27,634 bases of DNA from Candidatus Heimdallarchaeota archaeon. Lineage in GTDB: Archaea; Asgardarchaeota; Heimdallarchaeia; Heimdallarchaeales; Heimdallarchaeaceae. Positions 1 to 8,359 of the stretch are shown here, piece by piece; positions within the stretch are counted from its first letter, which is position 1, and each line of letters opens with the position of its first letter. The stretch lies in assembly GCA_019057375.1 (NCBI GenBank), contig DXJF01000062.1, positions 1-27,634 on the forward strand, in the 5' to 3' direction. The notes beneath the pieces are model-generated. The model searched no databases. It was not told the DNA's origin and was given only the letters and a program-made list of their open reading frames with translations. A program made the position numbers and the translations under genes.

Positions 1-596
1 AAAATCAATATTTTGTCCTCCTCTATTGTTTCTTTCATTAGTAGATCAATAACTATGTCTGCAGTTTCACGATCAAGATTACCTGTTGGTTCATCAGCTA
101 GAATAATGTCAGGTTCGTTTGCTAAAGCAACAGCAATAGCAACTCTTTGTTGCTCACCTCCACTTAAGAATCTGGGATAGGTTTGAGCATAACGATTAAT
201 ATCCAAAGCGTTGAGTAGCGATTCAACTCTTTTGTTGGTTTCCTTATGCTTTTTTTGTGCAATCCAAAGGGGAAAAGCTATATTTTCAAAGACAGTGAAG
301 TATTCTATTAAGTTTAAACTTTGAAAAATTATCCCAATTGTGTGGCGCCTATATTCAATCAATTCTTCAAAAGAAAGAGAATTTATCAATTTATTATTGA
401 CTATAATTTTACCGTAAGTTGGTTCTAATAAACCCGCTATACAGAGTAAGATAGTTGACTTACCTGAACCACTGGGACCTGCTAGAGTAACTATTTCACC
501 TTTGTTTACAGTTAAGTTGAAATCTCTAACAGCAATGGTTTCCACTTCTGCTTTGTATATTTTTTCCAAATTTTCAATTATTAAATCCTTTGACAT
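1..596 (-). CDS. ABC transporter ATP-binding protein, LolD/MacB-like (runs off the left edge of the window)
   Basis: Not in the ORF track. Manual translation from ATG at 596: MSKDLIIENLEKIY...; Walker A GPSGSGKS, signature LSGGEQQRV, Walker B/D-loop ILADEPTGNLD. Starts 1 nt after the permease stop. Confidence 0.95.
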   Translation of the reverse strand, partial: MSKDLIIENLEKIYKAEVETIAVRDFNLTVNKGEIVTLAGPSGSGKSTILLCIAGLLEPTYGKIIVNNKLINSLSFEELIEYRRHTIGIIFQSLNLIEYFTVFENIAFPLWIAQKKHKETNKRVESLLNALDINRYAQTYPRFLSGGEQQRVAIAVALANEPDIILADEPTGNLDRETADIVIDLLMKETIEEDKILI

Positions 597-597
597 T

Positions 598-3297
598 TCA
601 TTCACCTAATATTGTCTCACCCATTTGAGTAAGAATTGCAGTATCAATTTTCTTACCAGTTAGTATAAATGTAACTAATAAGGTTAGAAAACTAGCTCCA
701 AGTATGACCAAAAGGAAAAAGAAAGACTCTAGAGATATTAGAGATAATCTGAACATTCTAATTTCGTACGAACGTACACCAAAATGAAAAATAGCTGAAA
801 GAGTAACCCCAACTAGAAAACCGAGGAAGATATTTATCATTAATAAGAGGAAAGAACTTCCAACTAATCTACTTTTGAGCCTTTTGATATTGATTCCTCG
901 AGAGAGTGCGACCAATATTTTGTTTTTGCTATCTTTTGTTATTGATTGAAAATACAATAGAGTAAAGCTAACTACAGTTACTGAAAGTATAAAGACTTCA
1001 ATAACGAGTATATCCTCCAAATTGGTTTCCTCTCTTTCAGCTCTTCTAGTTTCAGGAATGTAAGCACTTAGAAATTGATTGTATTCTCCTAATTTATTTT
1101 TGGTTTTATCATACCATTCTTGTGGATTAACATTTTTCTTTAGTTTTATTAATACACTATCAAAAATCAGTTCTCCATATAATTCCTCTAACAAAGAAAT
1201 ATCTGTTATATAGTGATATGTTAAAGGTTCTATTTCATCATTCCAAGTGTTATAAGGGATGAATGGGAAGTAATTAACTTCATCAAAAATTGTAAAATTG
1301 ATTTCTATAGGAGTTTCTGGTATTGAAAAGTTTACCCCTTGTCCTGGTGGATTTATCAATAATGATATATTATCACCAACATCATAGTATTTTCTCTCGA
1401 TAACATTATGAGATACCAGAAGTGATTTTTCATGCTGACTCATAGATTGAAAATTGATATTTTCACCTTTAGCGTTTTCAAGTCTGAAAAAAGAAGGACT
1501 TACATAAGTAACATTCAATATAGGAAGAAAAGTTATCTTATTGAATTGACTAGCTGTTGTGGTCATTGTTTTAAGAGGTATATAATTCACAATGTCCTCA
1601 TCAGATAAGAAAGATTCAATATTTCTTAATGTCATAAAAGAGTACTCTCTAACATTTAACTCAATATCTAGACTCAAACTTTGATCGAAAAATTCTTGTG
1701 ATTGTTGATTCAATTTAAGAGTATTGATAGTAAAGCTAGATAGAACAATTAACCAAAAACTAACCAGTGTAAAAATTTTGAGGTTACGCCTTTTAGACAT
1801 TAGAAATTTTTCAATAAATCTTGTAGTTGCATAATACTTTGAAGAAATTTTCTCCAGTACTATAATACTTGTTCTAAAACTAATTCTGGTAGAGAATAAA
1901 GCAGATGTAATAAATAATATAATACCAGCAATAATTCTTGATGCTAGAATTACTGTTGAGATAAATTCAATAGGAATAATGTATGGTAAGAGAAAGGAAT
2001 AGATAAGAAGAACAGATCCACTGGTTATTAAGATAAGGAGCTGTTTTAATGATAGTTCTCTTTTATTCAGTTGGATTTTTTGTTTTTTGTTTTCCTGAGT
2101 GAAAACCGTTACATTTTCTGATACAAAATTATACAAGGAATAGACTTTCACTGCTTCAAATGGAAGAAGAATTAACAACCCACCCAAAATTGAAGTCATA
2201 ATTGAAGATATTTGATAACAAAACTGTGTAATTAGCTCTCCTATACCACTAAGAAAAACTAACAATAGTAAATCTGAAATTAGAAAAATCAGTGCATAGT
2301 GTTTAACAAATTGTGTCTTTTTTGCACCTCTTGTAAGATATAAAAACAGCTCTTTTCGAAGATCAACAAACCCTTCTTTCATTACCACCCAGAATATCAA
2401 CACAACAATAAAATAACCTGGTAATAAAGCTGATTCTATTATACTATAATTTGTTATTAGACTTTCCAAAAACGCTTCATACTGATTCTTTGTCCAAGGA
2501 ATATTATAATCAAAAGATAAACCATTGTCTTCTGCAGTATAATCTAGATAATTAGTAATTTCTTCTAATAGAGTATTTATTTCACCTATTTTCGTGTTCT
2601 GTAAGTAACTGGAATCAATATCTAGATAAAGACTAATAGTTAGAACCTGTTCTTGAAAGAAATTAAACACATCGTTTATGAGTTCTGAAGAAATAATGAC
2701 TCTATTAGCTATTTTTGTTAGAAAGATGTAATAAGGATTGTAATAAGAAGAACCAATATTGAGTGTAATTTCATCTCCATCTTTGAACATCTTAATCTCT
2801 TCACCATATTCCATACCTTCATTTGTACTAACATTATTTGAGAAATGTATCAATTGATGCAGATTTCCTTCTCCAGGAAACATCCACTCCAGCATTGATG
2901 GTGACGCAATTAAAATTGGGTTTGCAAAGGTTGTATTTGTCTTCGAATAATTAAATTGCATAATTTCAGAAGAAGAGGAAATTTCGAATAATGCATATGA
3001 TGTTATGTGATTTTCCTTAGAGAAATTTGTTATTTTGGAAAAAAAGATGTCATAATTTAATACATCTGACAATGACAAGTTATCAAATGACATAACATAT
3101 AAAAAATCAGGTGAGTTATTATTATCAGTTCCCTTAGAACCAATATCTGAGGTTTCTAAATACAAGATTTTTTGTTTTTCAGCAAGTATTGTTGAATAAA
3201 GTGAACCAAATAGCAGAAGAAAAAGAAAAATTAATGTTATTAATAAAGTGTATGCAAAAAACCATTTTCTTCCTTTGAGGGTTTTTATCTTAAACAT
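598..3297 (-). CDS. FtsX/LolE-like ABC transporter permease with two permease units
   Basis: N-terminal TM, large extracytoplasmic domain, TM cluster, second extracytoplasmic domain, and C-terminal TM cluster with ALSRG; first unit has YLTRG. Coupled to the LolD-like ATPase. ATG at 3297 preferred; TTG at 3336 is the alternative. Confidence 0.85.
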   Translation of the reverse strand: MFKIKTLKGRKWFFAYTLLITLIFLFLLLFGSLYSTILAEKQKILYLETSDIGSKGTDNNNSPDFLYVMSFDNLSLSDVLNYDIFFSKITNFSKENHITSYALFEISSSSEIMQFNYSKTNTTFANPILIASPSMLEWMFPGEGNLHQLIHFSNNVSTNEGMEYGEEIKMFKDGDEITLNIGSSYYNPYYIFLTKIANRVIISSELINDVFNFFQEQVLTISLYLDIDSSYLQNTKIGEINTLLEEITNYLDYTAEDNGLSFDYNIPWTKNQYEAFLESLITNYSIIESALLPGYFIVVLIFWVVMKEGFVDLRKELFLYLTRGAKKTQFVKHYALIFLISDLLLLVFLSGIGELITQFCYQISSIMTSILGGLLILLPFEAVKVYSLYNFVSENVTVFTQENKKQKIQLNKRELSLKQLLILITSGSVLLIYSFLLPYIIPIEFISTVILASRIIAGIILFITSALFSTRISFRTSIIVLEKISSKYYATTRFIEKFLMSKRRNLKIFTLVSFWLIVLSSFTINTLKLNQQSQEFFDQSLSLDIELNVREYSFMTLRNIESFLSDEDIVNYIPLKTMTTTASQFNKITFLPILNVTYVSPSFFRLENAKGENINFQSMSQHEKSLLVSHNVIERKYYDVGDNISLLINPPGQGVNFSIPETPIEINFTIFDEVNYFPFIPYNTWNDEIEPLTYHYITDISLLEELYGELIFDSVLIKLKKNVNPQEWYDKTKNKLGEYNQFLSAYIPETRRAEREETNLEDILVIEVFILSVTVVSFTLLYFQSITKDSKNKILVALSRGINIKRLKSRLVGSSFLLLMINIFLGFLVGVTLSAIFHFGVRSYEIRMFRLSLISLESFFFLLVILGASFLTLLVTFILTGKKIDTAILTQMGETILGE

Positions 3298-3535
3298 TGT
3301 TTTACACTTACACTTATTTTTTCTTATTGCTTCCAAATAAACTCTTTACTTAGAAGGAATTATAAGGTTTTCCAGTGTTTGATTATTTTGATTAGTTAAA
3401 TCTCTGTTCGTTCCTGATATTGAATCTATTGATGGAATAACTAATAGTAGTAATAGTTTCAAGCATTGGAAAAAACACATCAAGAGCATACAATCATTAA
3501 TTGAGAAGAAAAAAGATATCTCTTTTGGAGAATAC

Positions 3536-6019
3536 TTGTTTGAAGAAAATCTAAGATTTTCTAAAGCTATTTCTGATACGTATAAGAAAATTCGCTTATT
3601 TGGTAAGGATTTTGATGAAGATCACAAACAAAAAATCACTCGTGAGTTCTTCAAAGAACATGGCTCAAATATCATAAATAATATTGAAATAAAGTATGAT
3701 TTAACTTCTGAAGAAGCTAGAGTTTTTACTATTTATTTAGCTTGCATGTCTGATTTTGACAAAAAAGTACTAGGTTTTGATTACAAAACTATGCATGAAT
3801 TTTTCCAGAATGTTTGGATAAAAATAAACCATAATCAGGATGAGTTTAGAGGAAGACAACAGATCTCAAGTGATAGTCAAAAATTAATTGTTCATTCAGA
3901 CTTTTCTAAATTTAAAGTAAGTGTGTCCTTAGGTTTTGATTCTTATTTTACCTTGCTTAACCAGAATACATTTGAATTATGGTTTTCAGAACAGAAATGT
4001 GGAAATGGATATTCTATATGTAAAAGCTTCAAGAATATAGATGACCCTCTACACAAGTCAGTTTTTAATCTAGCTCAGAAGCGTACTGATAAAAAGTTTC
4101 AAAGTGTTCTTCAGAAAGCAGGTTTTAACAATTATCAGAGTATTGATTTTTCTGATTCTCTGTTTAAATGCTATACCTATTACTACGATGCATTGGGTAA
4201 CAATTTCTTACAAAAAATGAAATCCTCGAAATATTTGCATGACCTAATATTTGGTTTAGAGAGGAATAGGGTTCCTGATGCAAGACAATTGGCAAGTAAG
4301 TTGATAAAATCTGCAAAAGATAACCATCGTTTGATAGCTTTGATTCAAAATGGCTACACACTAAATGACGATGCTAAAGTGGTCAATCATCTTAACATCA
4401 TTAATAGAAAAAAACAATCACTTCGTATTCTAGGAGAAGTATTCCGTTTCAAACCCATAAAAAACGGGAAAGGAGACCATATAGTCTCGATTGTGGGTTA
4501 TTCAGAAAATTTACTTAAGAAATTGAAAAGAACTCATTCAGATTTTGATTCAGAATTATACTCTGAATTGAATTCAATTTTCAAATCTATTTCAATAAAC
4601 AAGAATTGTAAGATTGAAGAGATGGTGTCTTCTCCAAATTATACTGAAATTCTTCTTTTTGCTTACAACGAAATCCTTCATGAGATTTATCAGTATCTAG
4701 TAGATAGTAAAAACTTTACATCATTTGAGCTACTCAAAGACGGTAAAACGTTTGTATGTAGTGAAATTGCTTCAGAAGACATTTCAAGTGTTAAGTTGTG
4801 GCTTGAGAAAAACCAAAAAATGTATTCTGCAAAACCTTATACTGTAAATTATGTTTGGAAATTACCCTCTTTTGGTAAACTCAAGGAAATAAGTAGAAGT
4901 AATCCCACAAAACTAAGTGAAACAAAGGAACTAGCATTCAAGAAACTGTTTGCTTATAATGATAAAGAAGTATTAGATTTTCTAAAAGAAATTGCTTCTA
5001 ATGATTTTTCAGAAGAAGATTTCGAACAAAAATTAAAGACAAATCCTGAATACTCTCTAATATTCAGCATTCTTTATTTGCTGAAGGGGAATACAAAGTC
5101 AAAACTTCGCAAAAACCTGTTTGAACAAGGAGATACACTTCGTTCACTGATATTTTTAGATGAGAAAGGTAATCCAATAAAGGTTTTTGGAGATGACAAA
5201 GAACTCAAATCCAAGGAAAATCCCATCTTGAATATTAAGATGGATTTCAATGAGATCTTCAACACAAATAGGCTGTTGGACAGAAATATTCTATCTACAT
5301 TTCCTATAGCAATAAAGTCAGGAAAATCAACAACAAGGTATTCCGAATTAAAATTTAGATTTTGTAGAGTTGATGGTAAAAGAGCTGGAGAAAAGGGAAA
5401 AAAAGCAAGAGAATTGTACATAGAAAGACTTCGCGAGAAGTTAGGTCATATTGATGAAATAAATGATTTGATTGATATTCTGTATTTAAAACCTGCAATT
5501 TCTTTCAACTTGTTAAGAGGTGAAAATCGAGAAAATATGATGAAATTGTTCATATTTTTGTTTTTTGAGTATTTTGAAGTTTGGGAAGAATTTAGCAACT
5601 CAATTGTGATTTATCTTAAGCAAAATCTTCAATTGGGCGCAAATGATATGGTTTCAAGCAAGCATCTCACCAATGAAGGGTGGAGAATAGCATTGAAATC
5701 AATAGAGGAAGATTCAGATAAAAAGTGGTTAATCAATTATGTAGTGAAAAATGACTCTTCTATTGTTATTGAAAGAAAGGTGAAAGTACTACCAGCATTT
5801 GTTAATATTATAAATAAAAACACTAGTAAAGAAAGGTTCGGGTATATGGAAGAGCTAACATTGTTTTGCAATTACAATTCTTTATATATGGGTGTCCTTG
5901 AGAGCTTAAAAACTGAGATTATGCCTTTAATAGCCGTTGATGATAAGAAAGAAGTAGATTCAAAAATCAACTTTGTATGGAGAAATATATCAGAGTGGAT
6001 GGAAAAGGTATGTGTTTAG
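3536..6019 (+). CDS. Hypothetical protein, at least 827 aa, Lys/Glu/Phe-rich, predicted soluble
   Basis: Long uninterrupted ORF with no motif recognised. The frame is open upstream to 3392, so the start is uncertain. Confidence 0.8.
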   Translation: MFEENLRFSKAISDTYKKIRLFGKDFDEDHKQKITREFFKEHGSNIINNIEIKYDLTSEEARVFTIYLACMSDFDKKVLGFDYKTMHEFFQNVWIKINHNQDEFRGRQQISSDSQKLIVHSDFSKFKVSVSLGFDSYFTLLNQNTFELWFSEQKCGNGYSICKSFKNIDDPLHKSVFNLAQKRTDKKFQSVLQKAGFNNYQSIDFSDSLFKCYTYYYDALGNNFLQKMKSSKYLHDLIFGLERNRVPDARQLASKLIKSAKDNHRLIALIQNGYTLNDDAKVVNHLNIINRKKQSLRILGEVFRFKPIKNGKGDHIVSIVGYSENLLKKLKRTHSDFDSELYSELNSIFKSISINKNCKIEEMVSSPNYTEILLFAYNEILHEIYQYLVDSKNFTSFELLKDGKTFVCSEIASEDISSVKLWLEKNQKMYSAKPYTVNYVWKLPSFGKLKEISRSNPTKLSETKELAFKKLFAYNDKEVLDFLKEIASNDFSEEDFEQKLKTNPEYSLIFSILYLLKGNTKSKLRKNLFEQGDTLRSLIFLDEKGNPIKVFGDDKELKSKENPILNIKMDFNEIFNTNRLLDRNILSTFPIAIKSGKSTTRYSELKFRFCRVDGKRAGEKGKKARELYIERLREKLGHIDEINDLIDILYLKPAISFNLLRGENRENMMKLFIFLFFEYFEVWEEFSNSIVIYLKQNLQLGANDMVSSKHLTNEGWRIALKSIEEDSDKKWLINYVVKNDSSIVIERKVKVLPAFVNIINKNTSKERFGYMEELTLFCNYNSLYMGVLESLKTEIMPLIAVDDKKEVDSKINFVWRNISEWMEKVCV

Positions 6020-6026
6020 AAAAAAT

Positions 6027-6157
6027 TGGTGGGGCACGGCGGATTTGAACCACCGACCAACTGGTCTCTCAGTTTTGGCCCAAATTTATGAGCCAGTCGC
6101 CTGATAATCTAATGGCACGCAGCCATTTGACTTCTAACCGAGCTGAGCTAGTGCCCC
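6027..6157 (-). tRNA. tRNA with CAU anticodon (probably tRNA-Ile2) containing two introns (23/24 and 37/38); CCA encoded
   Basis: Removing 6132-6101 (32 nt) and 6086-6066 (21 nt) gives a 78-nt cloverleaf: GGGGCAC-TA-GCTC-AGCTCGGTTA-GAGC-G-ACTGG-CTCATAA-CCAGT-TGGTC-GGTGG-TTCAAAT-CCGCC-GTGCCCC-A-CCA. Both junctions form BHB-like motifs. Confidence 0.93.
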
Positions 6158-6188
6158 GTTTCTACTTATATTCTCTCGTTCTCTTTTT

Positions 6189-6200
6189 CTTAAGTTTTTT
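6189..6200 (-). promoter_or_regulatory. BRE-TATA promoter of the CAU tRNA
   Basis: AAAAAACTTAAG on the minus strand, 32 nt upstream of G1. The same motif recurs at three other gene starts. Confidence 0.6.
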
Positions 6201-6225
6201 CTTCTCTTCTAAAAGTTTTGTTACT

Positions 6226-7074
6226 TTAGAAATTATTTTTTGATTTCTTTTTTATAAGCAAAAACGAAACAAGTGCGATAAATCCAAGAATTAGATAATA
6301 ACCAATATAAGCAATCATTTCTAACCATGTTGGTTTATCTTGATAACCAAATAGAGCTCTAAGAAATTTTCCCAGTTCATTTGTCTTATCGTTGAGAATT
6401 CCACTCATATCCCAAACATGGTTTTGTAACCAATGCATTTCAGATCCAAACCAACCAATTTCTTGAAATTCATGAATTCCATGAGAAAACATACCTGCTG
6501 CAACAATAATTAAGACAATACTTGTAATTAAAAAAAACGTCCGTAAGTTTATCTTTTTACCAGAATAGAAAATAAGAAAAGCAATTACTAAAGCAACAAC
6601 TATTCCTAATATTCCTGACCAGAGAACAATCCAAGGATTATCTTCAGTAGCCCCAATACCAGCAAGAAAAAGAACCGTTTCTACCCCTTCTCTTAGAACA
6701 GAGATAAGTGCAAGTGTCAGTAAACCATATTTTTGCTGTTGTTTTATTGAAATGTCTACCTTTTCTTCAAGTTTCTTCTGAACATCTTTTCCTGTTTTTA
6801 GCATCCATATTATCATCCATGTCAGCAACAATGAAGCTATTATCATTGCAAAACCTTCAAAGATTTCCTCATAACTTTCAAACCCACCTAAAGCAAATTG
6901 AAAGATAACAGCTGTAAGAATTGAGAGGACAATACCTGCAATTGTACCTATCCACACTTGTTTCTTTAATTTCCTTTCACCTATTTTTGTAACATAAATA
7001 AGTAAAATACCCACTATTAATGCGGCTTCTATGGCCTCTCTCAGTGTTATCAGAAAACTTGCTAAACTAAACAA
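6226..7074 (-). CDS. ftr1: Ftr1/EfeU (OFeT-family) iron permease
   Basis: Two RExxE motifs (LREAIE, LREGVE), about 7 TM segments, HEFQE motif. TTG start preceded by a GAGGGG SD-like element. Confidence 0.95.
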   Translation of the reverse strand: MFSLASFLITLREAIEAALIVGILLIYVTKIGERKLKKQVWIGTIAGIVLSILTAVIFQFALGGFESYEEIFEGFAMIIASLLLTWMIIWMLKTGKDVQKKLEEKVDISIKQQQKYGLLTLALISVLREGVETVLFLAGIGATEDNPWIVLWSGILGIVVALVIAFLIFYSGKKINLRTFFLITSIVLIIVAAGMFSHGIHEFQEIGWFGSEMHWLQNHVWDMSGILNDKTNELGKFLRALFGYQDKPTWLEMIAYIGYYLILGFIALVSFLLIKKKSKNNF

Positions 7075-7089
7075 AAATTCCCCTCTAGT

Positions 7090-7112
7090 TCAATTTAACA
7101 AAGCTAAATTGA
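7090..7112. promoter_or_regulatory. Palindromic operator upstream of ftr1 (candidate metalloregulator site)
   Basis: TCAATTTA-N7-TAAATTGA, perfect 8-bp arms, starting 16 bp upstream of the ftr1 start codon. Confidence 0.6.
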
Positions 7113-7145
7113 GTTTATGAATGTTACATTTTTACAAAACAATTT

Positions 7146-7439
7146 TCATTTATTGTTTCTTTCACTTCTCGGTCCAGAAATGATAGGCTTTGCATATTTT
7201 GTAACTGATTCAGACAAGGTATTAATCTCTCCAGTAGAGAATCTATTTGTGCGGTTCCTAGTACAACTATTACATAATCCAGCAGGTAAAACAATTTTTG
7301 AAACTAAGTCTTTTTTTTCTCGACTTCTGCATCGTCCACACAGAGGTTTTCCACATTCATCACATGCAAACTTCGCAGTCGCTCCACAATTTAAACAAAG
7401 TAAAACTATCTCTTCGTTCTTCTCTCCTATTATTATCAC
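7146..7439 (-). CDS. Small 8-Cys zinc-finger protein (B-box/HIT-like spacing)
   Basis: C-x2-C-x7-C-x2-C-x4-C-x2-C-x18-C-x2-C; GTG start; co-oriented downstream of lipA. Confidence 0.75.
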   Translation of the reverse strand: MIIIGEKNEEIVLLCLNCGATAKFACDECGKPLCGRCRSREKKDLVSKIVLPAGLCNSCTRNRTNRFSTGEINTLSESVTKYAKPIISGPRSERNNK

Positions 7440-7495
7440 AATACTCTTAAGATTCCCAAGTATTAAACCCCAACACTTTTGCAGAGACTTAAATC

Positions 7496-8359
7496 CTAGT
7501 TTTCTAGTAAGAAATCTGCTTCTTCTGCGTTGAATGAACTTCTTACAAAAGGAGCTGAAGCTACGAATTGGAAACCTAGCTCATAGGCTATTTTCTCGTA
7601 TTCCTTAAAGCGATCAGGATGAACAAATTCTTCTATTTCTAAGTCTGAACTTGGGGGTTTAAGATATTGACCTATTGTTAAAATATCACAATCAACTTCT
7701 CGAAGGTCCTTTAATAATTTCACTACTTCTTCTTTTATTTCACCCAAGCCTACCATCAACCCAGATTTTGTGAGTATTTTCGGATTCATCTCCTTTACCA
7801 ATTTAAGTAATTTAAGAGACCTTTTGTAATCTGCTTGAGGAGTAACTTTTTTGAAGAGTCTAGGAACTACTTCCACATTGTGATTAATAATGTCTGGCTT
7901 TGAATCGACCACAATTTTAATGTCTTGTTCTTTGCCTTTCAAATCTGGAATAAGTAGTTCAATTATAAGATTCTCGTCATAATTCCTTAACTTCTCTGTA
8001 ATTTTAGCAAAATGAGCTGCCCCGCTATCAGGTAAATCGTCTCTTGTCACAGAAGTAATAACGACATGCTTTAGTCCCAATCTTTTTGTTGCTTCAAGTA
8101 AATGGTCTGGCTCATGTTCATCTAAAGGTTTAGGTTTTCCAAAATCAATATCGCAGAATTTACAATCACGTGTACATATGTCCCCCATAACAAGAAAGGT
8201 TGCTGTTTTTTTCTCAAAACATTTTCCGATGTTTGGACACATCGATTCTTCACATACGGTATGAAGTTCTAGTTTTCTTAGTATTTGTTGAACTTCACGG
8301 ATTTTCTCTCTATCCATACTTCCTATTCGTAACCATTCAGGTTTTCGAAGTCTAGTCAT
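7496..8359 (-). CDS. lipA: Lipoyl synthase (radical SAM)
   Basis: Auxiliary cluster motif CEESMCPNIGKC, radical SAM motif CTRDCKFC, C-terminal RSSF motif. Confidence 0.97.
   Translation of the reverse strand: MTRLRKPEWLRIGSMDREKIREVQQILRKLELHTVCEESMCPNIGKCFEKKTATFLVMGDICTRDCKFCDIDFGKPKPLDEHEPDHLLEATKRLGLKHVVITSVTRDDLPDSGAAHFAKITEKLRNYDENLIIELLIPDLKGKEQDIKIVVDSKPDIINHNVEVVPRLFKKVTPQADYKRSLKLLKLVKEMNPKILTKSGLMVGLGEIKEEVVKLLKDLREVDCDILTIGQYLKPPSSDLEIEEFVHPDRFKEYEKIAYELGFQFVASAPFVRSSFNAEEADFLLEN

Noticed and set aside
1-6030. Integrated element or genomic island ending at the tRNA 3' end
   Set aside because: No integrase or transposase, and no second copy of the tRNA 3' sequence found in the window. 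It cannot be excluded beyond the left edge.
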